64,000 nt of DNA from Clostridia bacterium (GTDB lineage Bacteria > Bacillota > Clostridia > Christensenellales > UBA1242). This document shows positions 9,913-19,829 of the stretch, in pieces (within the stretch, counting starts at the first letter, position 1; every line of letters begins with the position of its first letter). Position numbers and translations under genes: made by a program. The stretch covers positions 51,841 to 115,840 of the forward strand of contig JAVVRP010000002.1 in assembly GCA_036654655.1 (NCBI GenBank), written 5' to 3'. The notes beneath the pieces are model-generated. The model was not told where the DNA came from and searched no databases. It saw only the letters and a list, made by a program, of their open reading frames with translations.

Positions 9913-12900
9913 ATGAAAAAATGCCTAGTCACAATTTTGGCTTTTATGATTATGTTAACAGGGTTAATTTTTTCTGCATGTGACAAGCCTGGCGTAATTA
10001 ATATAAGCATTCAAAACTATTTAGGAAAAACAGAAACGGAAATTAATTTAGACGTTTCGGGGTCTTCACACATATACACAGTTTATGTAAGTGGCTTTTC
10101 TGGAAGTGGGGAGATAAGTTTAGATTTTAGGCAAGAGATTGTTCAAATAAAAAAAATGGATTATTTGGGGAACGGAAAAACCAGAGTGGAGTTTTTGCCA
10201 CTTCTTGGAGGAATAACAAAGTTGCGAATAACAACATTGCAAGGTGGAAAGTCTTTGGAATTGGATGTAAAAGTTAACGACCAAATAAGCAACATTTTTT
10301 TGAAATCACAGTCTATTTTTGCCATAAAGGGCGAAGAAACATTGCTTATTCCAGAAAACCTGCTTAATTTTGAACCTGCTTACATCATAGATAAAAGAGT
10401 AAGTTTTTCGCTTTGTAATCAAAATGGTGAAGAATTAAAGTTTGCTGGCGTAAACCTAGAAAAAAACAAGTTAACAACAACAAACACCACAGAATTTAGC
10501 AATGTGTGGATAAAGGCAACTTCAATAGCAAATCCCAGCATTTTTGCAGTTTTTAAAGTTGATTTGCTAAGTAAAATTATTTTGCCAATCAAGCCTTTGC
10601 CACTTACAGAAATTATCCCACAAACGCCACCAGTGCACATTGAAATTGTTCCAGACATAACAGACCCATTGCATCCCGACATCGCACAAAAGCCTAAAAT
10701 AAATCTTATTGCAACAGATTCACACAAAAACACAAAGCAACTTGCTTTTACATTGCCTGTTAGCATTTTTCCAAAAAATACAACCGTGAAAGATATAATT
10801 ATTGATGCAAAAATAAACTCAAAAAAAGGGTCCATAAAAGATGTATGTTTTTTAGAAAAAATGATAACAAAACAAATTGGAGCAGATTTTGTTTTTAATT
10901 TTAACATTTTTTCACGCAATGCGGGAGAGGCAATTCTTGAAATAAGTGTTGGTTATGCAAATTTTGCTTCTTACGTTGTAAAACAAAATTATAGTGTGCT
11001 TGTTAGCCAAAATCCAACTGGTTTAATTGCAAACGACAATTTTCTTGCCTTGGGCAAAATTATTAAAAATGAAGAACAAATCCCAGTGGACATAAAGTAT
11101 GACAATGAGTTTTTGCTTTTTCACACAATTCAAACTTATCCAACAAAACAAAACATAAAATTAGAAATTGCACCAAACACAAAATTTGTAACCCCGCACA
11201 CCTTAATGCTTGATATTTTGGCACGCAACAAGGCTGGAAAAAACATCACACTTGATGCAAATAAAACAGCATTTGATTATATTGGTGTTTCTTTGGCAGG
11301 AAGTTTGTTCGAGGCAAAAAATGTTAAAGACGATATTTCAAAATCAAGGTTTGATGCGCTTGCTGTTTGGGCAAAAACCACACCACCAGTGATGGCAGAG
11401 TTTGACCACTTTGTAATGATTTTTACGTGTGAGTATGATATTGTAAAAAGTGAAGATGGCAAAATTGTTTCCAGCAAACAATTGGTTGGCGAAATTAAAC
11501 TCAGCGCAAAAAAAGGTGTTGAAAGTTTTGGAGTTTCAAAAGATTATGAAAATAACACAATAACAATGGAAAAAGGTTCTAAATTAGATTTTAACGGGCT
11601 TGAAGCAACAAGCGGGGCATATATTGGTGAAATTAAAATAAAAGCAGTTAATATTTTAAGCACTCAAATTTGCACGGTTTCTCAAAAAGAATTTAATAAA
11701 ACCACGCTAGAAATTTTTGCAAAAAAAGATGGGCTTTCTTGTTTTACCTTAACTTTGCCTAATGGAATTTTAACAACACTTAACATTAAAGTTGTTTCGC
11801 TTTTAAATTATGCAGAGTTAAAGTTTGGTGCGGGCTCAACAAAAAATGCACTTGTTATGGCAGATGATGTAACAAAAAATGATGCAGAAAGCGTGTCAAA
11901 AAACAAAGACTATGCAATATTAATTAGGCAGGTTGAAAATTCTGTTAAAATTGATATAAAAGTAGTTTGCAATCCATTAAATATTTTTTCAGATTTATTT
12001 AATTATGAAATTTTAATAAGCAAAGAAAACATTGCCGAAATATATTACAACTTTGAAACAAACTTTTTAACAGTTACCCCAGCGTTTGGTGAAAATAACT
12101 TTAAATCATACAAGTTTAAAATTAAATTTAAGCCTAAAACAATAAAAGATTTCAAGGTAACCGCAGGTGACAAAAGTTTTGACATTAATTTTGATATAAC
12201 AACACTAAAATATTCCACACATGCAAGCATAAATGCCACAAGAAATTTAATATATAATTATGAAGACATGGGCTTTAAAGGTCAAAATGAATCAGAGCCT
12301 CGTTATCAATCAACTCTTACTGCCCAATTAAATTTAAGTAACGGTGGATTAATTTTTCCAACAACAACAATGCAAAATTGGAATTTTGGAGCAACTTTAA
12401 ACACTTCGCAATATTTGTATAAAAAGGAAATAACAAAAACTGTTTTAGGTGAAAATGGTTCAGAGATAACTTGTGTTGACCATTTAAAAATTTACAATTT
12501 TGTTGGAAGCAAAAAAGATTTTGATGTATTAAGTGAAAATGAACAAAATGAACTTTTAATTGGCGAGTTCAAATTAACAACAGATGGCAAAGGCATATTT
12601 AAATGGGCAACAACAAACAATCAAAACTTGGGTAATATTAACGTGTTTTGTTGTTTACCCGAAAAAAATATATTAAATGCCGAAGATTTAATTAATTTTG
12701 AAAAAGGAGTTTTTAAATCTGCAAATTTGTTATCCCATAACGCAGTTTTTAAAATAACTTTTGAAAAATATGTTAGAATAACAAATATATTTTTAAAAAA
12801 TTACACAGAAAACATATATTTAGATTCAAGGTCTTCACACAATAAGGTGGTTTTATATTTAGATATGCAACCCAAGGAAGCAACAGATGGCAAAAGTTTT

Positions 12901-15900
12901 GATGTAACAGTAGAGCCACAAGGGCTTGTTTCAGTAGAAAAAGATCTTAACAAAATGAGTTTAACCATATTTTACAACAATGTTGTAGGCAGTGGGAAAA
13001 TTTACATAATTCCAACAAACAATTACACATCAAACACAACATTTACAAATGCTTTAACACTTCCTGTTCAGGTATCAGACGGGCTTTCTATTCAAAATCC
13101 TTTGCAAATAACTTCACCAGAAGAATTTTTGCAAATTAATAATCCGCAAGCATTGTCAAAGCATTACAAAATTGTTGGAACTATTGACATTTCTTCAAAT
13201 ATTGGCAATTTTCCATTTGGCACATTAACAGGTTCAATTGTTGGAGAAATTGGCAAATCAAAAATAATTGGAATAAATCTTTCAAACGTAATCAATATTT
13301 CAGATAAGTTTTATTGTGGTTTATTTGCAAACATTGCAAAAAATGCTGTTTTTAAAGATATTGAACTTTATGGAACTTTAAATTTAACGCTTACACAAAA
13401 TGTTAATGTGGGTTTGTTGTGTGGAGAAAATAATGGTTTAATTCACAACGTTTCTGTAAAATTAGACTCATCAACAATTAAAAATGGTGATAATGCAGTT
13501 GAAATAAATTGCGGTGGAGTTGTGGGTGTTAACAATGGCACAATAAGTTCTATGCAACAATCATTAATGAATTCAACAACAATAATTGAAATGCTAAAAA
13601 GTTTAAATATTGTTGTAAAAACAAAAACAATAACTGGAAACACTGGTGGCATTGTTGGAAAAAACAATGGCAAAATAGAAGTAAATAGAAATGGTGTTAA
13701 AACAGTAAATAATTTTGGAATAAGTGCTATTGTAAACATTTTTTCAGTTACAGACAATGTTGGCGGGTTGGCTGGTGAAAACGGTGGAATAATTTGCGTA
13801 ATTGATAATGTTGGAAAAATTTGCGTAACTGATAACAGTGAAAAAATGTTAATTTGTGGAAAAGTTCAAAATAACACAGATAATCCAAAGTACACCGCAG
13901 GTGGTGTTGCAGGAAAAACAATTTCTGATGGAACGATATCCAATGTGGAAAGCAGAGTGTTTGTTCGTGGAAGAAACAAAATTGGCGGACTTTGTGGGCA
14001 ACTTGAAAAAAATTCTATTGCAAAAATAGAATATTGTGTTGTTAGTTATTGTGACACAGGTGAAAATGGAATTGAAGCATCGTTTATAATTTACTATGGC
14101 TCAAATTTTACAAGTGATTGCAGTATTTTTGGTGAAAATGTTACAGCAGGCAACAAAAGTAAATCGTACTTAACTCGCTTGCCAAATGAATATTATGGCG
14201 ATAGAATTCAAGTTGAAATAAAAAATGACATAATAAGCGTGCTAAATTTTTGTAATGATTTTGTTAGAGTAGAGGAAAATTTAATAGCCGATACATCCCC
14301 TAAACTTGTGTTTTATTATGAGGCAAAGGAAAGAAAAACAATTCAACAGAATGGAACTTATTTAGATAATCAAGCATTGCTTAATGAAAAAAACACAAAT
14401 CAAACAATTTCAAGTTTGCTTGGTTGCACAAATGTTTATGCAAAGTCCAGCAATAATCAAATAATAGAAATATTAACTAACGGAAAAATTTTTGTTAATG
14501 GTGTTGGAAATGTAACAATAACACTTACGTCCATGTTTAACTCATCAGTTGTAAAAGAAGTTAAACTGTATTCAACTTATTTTGTGGATAACTTTAAAGT
14601 TTTTGCGCAATCAAACTTGCAAAAGCCATTAGTAAACGGAAGCAGAATAATTGTACAAAAAAATTCACCAGTGTCATTATTTTGGAATTTTGTTTCTAGC
14701 CCAGTTGTATCAACTGGCAATACAAGCATAGAACTTGTACAAAATATTGATGAAAGACTAAGGCTAAATTTTGATTTTAAAGACAGTCAAGGCAATTTGT
14801 CAAACATATTTGAAACAATTTTTAGTGGAAATATGTGTGTAATAAAAACCAAAGGCGAAACAATTGGAACCGCAAATTTATCCATTATTCCACAATTTAA
14901 AATTGGTGAAACGGTTATTCAAATATGGGAGCAAGATTTACCAAAACTAAATTTATATGCCTATCATCGAAAAGGCACATCAGCAATTTTATTTGATTCT
15001 TCAAGTGCAACAATTATGCCTTCATCAAGTTATGATCTTGTTGTAACCCAACTTACAGATGCAGTTCAAGACAACATTACACTTTCTATCACAAGGGTTG
15101 AGGATGGATTGCAATTAACCCCCGACAAAAATAATGTAGGTCAGTTTTTAATTGATGGAAACCCAGTAATTTATGTGGGGTCAAAAATTTTAAGTTCAAC
15201 AGAAGGCAAAAATGTTTATGAATATAACATTCAACTTCAACAAAAAAAAGCAGGCAAATTTTACTTAACTTTTACATCTGTAAATGGGCTATCAAAAACA
15301 TTTACAATTGAATTTTTATCTCAAAAAATAACTGGAATATATATTAACACATACAGTTCTTTGCTGGGTGAGTTTATTCCAAATGAAAAAATAGAACCCG
15401 GAGAAAGTTCCAATGTTATGAGCATTAAAATTAACCCAGACTGGGCTGAATATGATTATGTGGAAGTTGTTAATGCACCGCAAAACGTTGCCAATAATTC
15501 AAATGTTTTGTTCACCCTTGGAAAAGATTGTGAGGTTGGACAAAATTATATATATTTTAACAAAATGGAAGAAGGAATAAGTGTTAGCGGAATTAAACTT
15601 TATAAAAATAAAACTGGCGAATTTATTTTAAATTATGTGGCTTCAACAACTGCAATATTAGACTCAACAACAAATATTAATATAACAGCATATGCGGGCG
15701 GTAAAAAATGTTTTGAAACAATTACAAAAAGTTACAAAGTTGTTCCAATAGATGGGGTAATTGCAAGAATAGCAAATAAAACTGCCATAAATGGGATTGT
15801 TTATCTTGCAAAAGGGATGGAATATTCTTTGGAAGTTAACGCCGGAATTTACACAAATCAGCAAGTTCGTTTTGAACTTAAAAAAGAAGATAACAGCGAA

Positions 15901-18900
15901 TTTAAGGAAGGCAAAATAAAGAAAACGGAAAATGGCTGGGCTTTAACATTAGACAACAACGCAAGCGACAATGTAAACCTGATTGCATATGGACAAATAG
16001 AAATTAGCAACAAAATTTATGAAAGCAAAAAAAGCGTCCAAAAACTTTATATAACAGACTTTGTGCTAAACAACAATGCATTAAATTTAACAAACACAGA
16101 AATCAGAATTCAAATTGGTGGCGGAGGACATGTTGTAAAAGATAAAATGTTGGAAGGTTTGCAATTAGAATACAACACAACAATAAAAGAAGTTGCCACC
16201 AAAGTGTTAAATTTTAAAACAGAACTTAAAAATCGCGGAAATTGGCAGTTGCACACAAAGCAACAAGATGGAACATACACAACAATTCCACTTGCCTCAC
16301 ACACAAACAAATATTTTACAATTACAGAAATAAAAGAAGAACTTATAATTACTCCAACATATTTGCTTGACGCTAACGAAAACATGTTTATGTTTTCTGT
16401 TGAGTGTTCAATTACTTTTACAAAAAATAAGTGGCAGATTGAAAAAACGGGCGCTAATATGCAAAAAGCAACCAACGGGCTAGAAATATTTCAAAAAACA
16501 GAACTCAATAATCCAATTCCAATAAATAATGTTGTACAGTTTATGAATATGAAAGATAACATGCATTACAGATTGGTTTGTGATTTGGACCTTTCAACTG
16601 TGGAAGGTAAATTTACCCCAATATTGGCAAAAATTGCAAGTTTTGATGGAAATTGCCACAAAATAAAATTGTGCAGTTATTCATTAGAAAACACAGCGAA
16701 TGTTGGATTGTTTTCCGAAATTTCAAAAAATTCCATCATCAAAAATGTAATTTTGGAGTTGCCAAACATTGATATTTCCATAATTGTAACCAATTCAGAT
16801 GAAACTGCAACTGTAAATGCAGGGCTCCTTGCGGGCGTTAATAATGGAATAATATCAAACTGTGAAGTTGTTTTTCAAAATTTTGATGCAAGTGCTAACA
16901 GATATTTAACAATACAAATTAAAGCACATAGCAAAAAAGATGAAGGCGGAAGCATACTTAGTGAGCATAATTACGTTGGAGGTTTAATTGGAGCAAATTT
17001 TGGAAGCATTTCAAACAGCAGAGTAAACGTTAACATAAAATCCAATTCTAACTTGGGCGGTTTTGTTGGGATAAATAACGGAGTTATTGCATCAAGTCAT
17101 GTTAAAAATTCTAGCATCGAAAATGAGATTTCTGCTGACATAGCCTTAACAAAGGTTGCAGGCTTTGCTGTGGTTAATCGTGGCAAAATTTTAACAAGTT
17201 TTTGTTCTGTTGACAATCAAATAAAACAAATACACGCAAAAATTGCAAAAAAGGAAGTGTTTTCAAGGCAAGATGCGGCGGCGTTTGTTTATTTAAATGC
17301 AAAATCAATTGAAGATTGTTATGCAAATGTAAATGTAAACACGCAAGGATATGCCACAGGTTTTGTTTTTTCATGCACTGCACAATCTCAAATTTTCAGA
17401 TGCAACACAACAACTATTTTTGGTGAAAAAGATAACCAAATAAGCAAATATCCTTTTTTAAAAATAATTGATGGAAAATTTGCAGATTGTTTATTTGTTG
17501 AAAACAAAAATATAAATTCTTCAAATGGAACAATTAATAATTCAACAATAAATGGAGTTAAAGCCATTTTAATTGAAGATTTTGCAAAAATAGAAACATT
17601 TGAGCATTATTCCATTTCAAACAAAGACGACTCAGCAAGTTTTGTTTGGTTTATGCCAAACTTATCAAATTCTAATTGCTTTATTTTGCATACAGATTCA
17701 ACTTCTGAACCATTAAAGTTTGATATGATTAGGCCAGAACTTACAGCAACAAACATTATTGCAAAAACAAAAAAATCACTAGATGGAACGCAAATTAACA
17801 ATAACGGCGAAATTAAATATATTTATTCAACACAAGGCACCGGGGAACTTGCCGAGGGCGAAAAATACAACCCTTACATTATTTCCACGGTTGCGGAATT
17901 AGAAAGTACCATAATGCAAGTGAAAACAGGTTCAGAATTTAAAAAGCATATAAGAATTTTGTGCGATTTGGATTATGGAACAACTGCAAATAATTGTAGC
18001 GAGTTGTATTCCACAAATATGTTGGGATATATTGAAGGCAACGGTTTTGAAATATCCAATTATATTGTTTCAAACGCAACAACTCTTCAAAATTCTGGAT
18101 TTTTTAGTCAAATAGGTTCAAAAACAATTATGGCAACACTTATGAACATTACATTTTCGCCAAAATCAATTAATTTGCCAAATGTAACATCTGTGGGTTC
18201 TGTTGCTGGGCTTGTGCAAAATTCACGCATTTCAAACGTATCCGCGGTAGCAAAAAATTACTCAAAACTTTTAACAACAGATTTTTCAACAGTTTTGGGG
18301 TGCAATGTTGCAGGTGGATTGTTTGGCAGGGTTAACGGAGATTTCATGCTGTGCAACCTTGTTTCTCAACTTTCTGCAAAAGTAATAAATTACACAAAAT
18401 CAACGGATGTGTTTTATGACAATATAAATGATAGAGCGTCTAATATTTCTTATGCAGGTGCAGTTGCCGGAATTATTTCCGGGCACGGAATAGCAAAAGA
18501 AATTTTTGTTCAAGAAAAGGTACTTGCTTATGCAAAAATTGCGGGGTTATATTTTGGTGGAGTTTTGGGTGGGGCAACCTTTAAAAATGTGCTACACACA
18601 ATTGTTGAAGGAAGTTTTGTAAATGCCCATCAATTTGGCGGAGTTTTGGTTGGCGAGTTAAATGGAACAATGCAAAATATAAAACTTACAAATATTGTTC
18701 CAATTCAAACGGATTTTTTTGTAACCTCACCACAAAATCCGTTTGCAGTTGGCGGACTTGTGGGGTTGTTTACAAGCGGAACAATTAATAATTGCAATTC
18801 GGACCTTTCAATTTATTCAACGCAAATTGGTGTTGTTGGAGGGTTGGTTGGAATTTGGCAAGGTGGCAAGTTAATTAACTCCAACTTTGGCGGAAATATA

Positions 18901-19569
18901 ACTGCAACAATAATCGCAGGCGGAATTGTTGGCAAGATATGTATGCTGACAGGTGCAAATGTGCCAGAATTAAATTTTGGTGAAGTGGAAAAAACAGGTG
19001 TGGCCGGTGAAAAAGTTGATGAACTGGTTTTAAATAATTGTAACCTTACAGGAATTGACCAGAAGATAAAAGTTGATAATTGCATGACTTACGATTTACT
19101 TAACATAGATCCAACACTTTCTGGAAACAAAACTTTTGCATCTGCGGGTGCAATTATTGGTGCGTACACCTTTAATAATCAAAACAAATGCTTAACAATA
19201 AAAAATCTTGATTTAAGAATTTTGCCAAGCGGACTGCGGGTGATTATAAATGCAAAAACAATAGGAGTGGACTTTAAAACAACAATGGGCATTATAATTG
19301 GTTCAAGCACCGCAAATATTTCAGGCGTAACACCATCAACAGAACAAAAAACCAATGTAATTTCAAACGGAGAAGTGTCAATAATTAATTACGGAGACAT
19401 AACAACTGCTACAATTAAATCTGGCTTTGTTTGCGGTGGCAAAATAACAGTTGCAGGGCAAACTGAAAAACAACAAGATATAAAAACAGATAATGTAACA
19501 TTGCCAACAGAAATTACTTTTAATGGGCAAATAAGGCTTACAAAAATTATTAATGCAAATATCTTTTAA
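9913..19569 (+). CDS. Giant lipoprotein-anchored GLUG-repeat surface protein (3,218 aa)
   Basis: It starts at ATG 9913 and ends at TAA 19567-19569. The N-terminus MKKCLVTILAFMIMLTGLIFSAC is a signal peptide with a lipobox-like FSAC (Cys23). The first ~1,050 aa lack GGxVG units and look beta-rich and Ig-like (inference only). Three GLUG modules begin at nt ~13090 (IQNPLQITSPEEFLQI...YKIVGTIDIS), ~16510 (YRLVCDLDLS...FDGNCHKIKL) and ~17865 (NPYIISTVAELES...IRILCDLDYG...IEGNGFEISNY). Each is followed by runs such as CGGVVGVNNG, TGGIVGKNNG, VGGLAGENGG and VGGLVGLFTSG. Confidence 0.85.
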   Translation: MKKCLVTILAFMIMLTGLIFSACDKPGVINISIQNYLGKTETEINLDVSGSSHIYTVYVSGFSGSGEISLDFRQEIVQIKKMDYLGNGKTRVEFLPLLGGITKLRITTLQGGKSLELDVKVNDQISNIFLKSQSIFAIKGEETLLIPENLLNFEPAYIIDKRVSFSLCNQNGEELKFAGVNLEKNKLTTTNTTEFSNVWIKATSIANPSIFAVFKVDLLSKIILPIKPLPLTEIIPQTPPVHIEIVPDITDPLHPDIAQKPKINLIATDSHKNTKQLAFTLPVSIFPKNTTVKDIIIDAKINSKKGSIKDVCFLEKMITKQIGADFVFNFNIFSRNAGEAILEISVGYANFASYVVKQNYSVLVSQNPTGLIANDNFLALGKIIKNEEQIPVDIKYDNEFLLFHTIQTYPTKQNIKLEIAPNTKFVTPHTLMLDILARNKAGKNITLDANKTAFDYIGVSLAGSLFEAKNVKDDISKSRFDALAVWAKTTPPVMAEFDHFVMIFTCEYDIVKSEDGKIVSSKQLVGEIKLSAKKGVESFGVSKDYENNTITMEKGSKLDFNGLEATSGAYIGEIKIKAVNILSTQICTVSQKEFNKTTLEIFAKKDGLSCFTLTLPNGILTTLNIKVVSLLNYAELKFGAGSTKNALVMADDVTKNDAESVSKNKDYAILIRQVENSVKIDIKVVCNPLNIFSDLFNYEILISKENIAEIYYNFETNFLTVTPAFGENNFKSYKFKIKFKPKTIKDFKVTAGDKSFDINFDITTLKYSTHASINATRNLIYNYEDMGFKGQNESEPRYQSTLTAQLNLSNGGLIFPTTTMQNWNFGATLNTSQYLYKKEITKTVLGENGSEITCVDHLKIYNFVGSKKDFDVLSENEQNELLIGEFKLTTDGKGIFKWATTNNQNLGNINVFCCLPEKNILNAEDLINFEKGVFKSANLLSHNAVFKITFEKYVRITNIFLKNYTENIYLDSRSSHNKVVLYLDMQPKEATDGKSFDVTVEPQGLVSVEKDLNKMSLTIFYNNVVGSGKIYIIPTNNYTSNTTFTNALTLPVQVSDGLSIQNPLQITSPEEFLQINNPQALSKHYKIVGTIDISSNIGNFPFGTLTGSIVGEIGKSKIIGINLSNVINISDKFYCGLFANIAKNAVFKDIELYGTLNLTLTQNVNVGLLCGENNGLIHNVSVKLDSSTIKNGDNAVEINCGGVVGVNNGTISSMQQSLMNSTTIIEMLKSLNIVVKTKTITGNTGGIVGKNNGKIEVNRNGVKTVNNFGISAIVNIFSVTDNVGGLAGENGGIICVIDNVGKICVTDNSEKMLICGKVQNNTDNPKYTAGGVAGKTISDGTISNVESRVFVRGRNKIGGLCGQLEKNSIAKIEYCVVSYCDTGENGIEASFIIYYGSNFTSDCSIFGENVTAGNKSKSYLTRLPNEYYGDRIQVEIKNDIISVLNFCNDFVRVEENLIADTSPKLVFYYEAKERKTIQQNGTYLDNQALLNEKNTNQTISSLLGCTNVYAKSSNNQIIEILTNGKIFVNGVGNVTITLTSMFNSSVVKEVKLYSTYFVDNFKVFAQSNLQKPLVNGSRIIVQKNSPVSLFWNFVSSPVVSTGNTSIELVQNIDERLRLNFDFKDSQGNLSNIFETIFSGNMCVIKTKGETIGTANLSIIPQFKIGETVIQIWEQDLPKLNLYAYHRKGTSAILFDSSSATIMPSSSYDLVVTQLTDAVQDNITLSITRVEDGLQLTPDKNNVGQFLIDGNPVIYVGSKILSSTEGKNVYEYNIQLQQKKAGKFYLTFTSVNGLSKTFTIEFLSQKITGIYINTYSSLLGEFIPNEKIEPGESSNVMSIKINPDWAEYDYVEVVNAPQNVANNSNVLFTLGKDCEVGQNYIYFNKMEEGISVSGIKLYKNKTGEFILNYVASTTAILDSTTNINITAYAGGKKCFETITKSYKVVPIDGVIARIANKTAINGIVYLAKGMEYSLEVNAGIYTNQQVRFELKKEDNSEFKEGKIKKTENGWALTLDNNASDNVNLIAYGQIEISNKIYESKKSVQKLYITDFVLNNNALNLTNTEIRIQIGGGGHVVKDKMLEGLQLEYNTTIKEVATKVLNFKTELKNRGNWQLHTKQQDGTYTTIPLASHTNKYFTITEIKEELIITPTYLLDANENMFMFSVECSITFTKNKWQIEKTGANMQKATNGLEIFQKTELNNPIPINNVVQFMNMKDNMHYRLVCDLDLSTVEGKFTPILAKIASFDGNCHKIKLCSYSLENTANVGLFSEISKNSIIKNVILELPNIDISIIVTNSDETATVNAGLLAGVNNGIISNCEVVFQNFDASANRYLTIQIKAHSKKDEGGSILSEHNYVGGLIGANFGSISNSRVNVNIKSNSNLGGFVGINNGVIASSHVKNSSIENEISADIALTKVAGFAVVNRGKILTSFCSVDNQIKQIHAKIAKKEVFSRQDAAAFVYLNAKSIEDCYANVNVNTQGYATGFVFSCTAQSQIFRCNTTTIFGEKDNQISKYPFLKIIDGKFADCLFVENKNINSSNGTINNSTINGVKAILIEDFAKIETFEHYSISNKDDSASFVWFMPNLSNSNCFILHTDSTSEPLKFDMIRPELTATNIIAKTKKSLDGTQINNNGEIKYIYSTQGTGELAEGEKYNPYIISTVAELESTIMQVKTGSEFKKHIRILCDLDYGTTANNCSELYSTNMLGYIEGNGFEISNYIVSNATTLQNSGFFSQIGSKTIMATLMNITFSPKSINLPNVTSVGSVAGLVQNSRISNVSAVAKNYSKLLTTDFSTVLGCNVAGGLFGRVNGDFMLCNLVSQLSAKVINYTKSTDVFYDNINDRASNISYAGAVAGIISGHGIAKEIFVQEKVLAYAKIAGLYFGGVLGGATFKNVLHTIVEGSFVNAHQFGGVLVGELNGTMQNIKLTNIVPIQTDFFVTSPQNPFAVGGLVGLFTSGTINNCNSDLSIYSTQIGVVGGLVGIWQGGKLINSNFGGNITATIIAGGIVGKICMLTGANVPELNFGEVEKTGVAGEKVDELVLNNCNLTGIDQKIKVDNCMTYDLLNIDPTLSGNKTFASAGAIIGAYTFNNQNKCLTIKNLDLRILPSGLRVIINAKTIGVDFKTTMGIIIGSSTANISGVTPSTEQKTNVISNGEVSIINYGDITTATIKSGFVCGGKITVAGQTEKQQDIKTDNVTLPTEITFNGQIRLTKIINANIF

Positions 19570-19586
19570 AAATCAGTTAAAAACGT

Positions 19587-19616
19587 TTGACACAAGGCAA
19601 CCCGCTGGGCTACAAT
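19587..19616 (+). promoter_or_regulatory. Sigma-A-type promoter P1 upstream of rpoB (TTGACA-18-TACAAT)
   Basis: ttgaca lies at 19587-19592, followed by an 18-nt spacer and tacaat at 19611-19616. Confidence 0.55.
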
Positions 19617-19644
19617 AAAATGAAATGTTTTGCAATAAAAGGTA

Positions 19645-19673
19645 TTGACAGATATCTTATGTAATGATATACT
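19645..19673 (+). promoter_or_regulatory. Sigma-A-type promoter P2 upstream of rpoB (TTGACA-17-TGaTATACT, extended -10)
   Basis: ttgaca lies at 19645-19650, followed by a 17-nt spacer ending in TG at 19665-19666, then tatact at 19668-19673. This would give a leader of ~150 nt before the rpoB ATG. Confidence 0.65.
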
Positions 19674-19829
19674 CAGCATAAGAATAGTTCAATTTGGGGC
19701 GGTTGGTGAACAATTACGCAAAATAAATTAACAAAATCAAGCAAACAAGCTAGGAATGGGCGGTAATTCGCCAATATTCTTGCTTGTTGTTTTGTGTCAC
19801 TTTGGAAAAAACAAGGGGAGAGTTTAAAG

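Noticed and set aside
19794-19829. N-terminal extensions given by the ORF track for rpoB (GTG 19794), rpoC (GTG 23560), mreB (30149), gmk (46401), murI (46431), ddl (48510) and HIT (35760)
   Set aside because: In most of these cases an internal ATG sits at proper spacing from a GGAGG-like SD and restores the canonical conserved N-terminus. ddl was chosen on its canonical N-terminus and HIT on promoter spacing, since neither has an SD. The extensions are non-conserved and sometimes overlap upstream genes or promoters.
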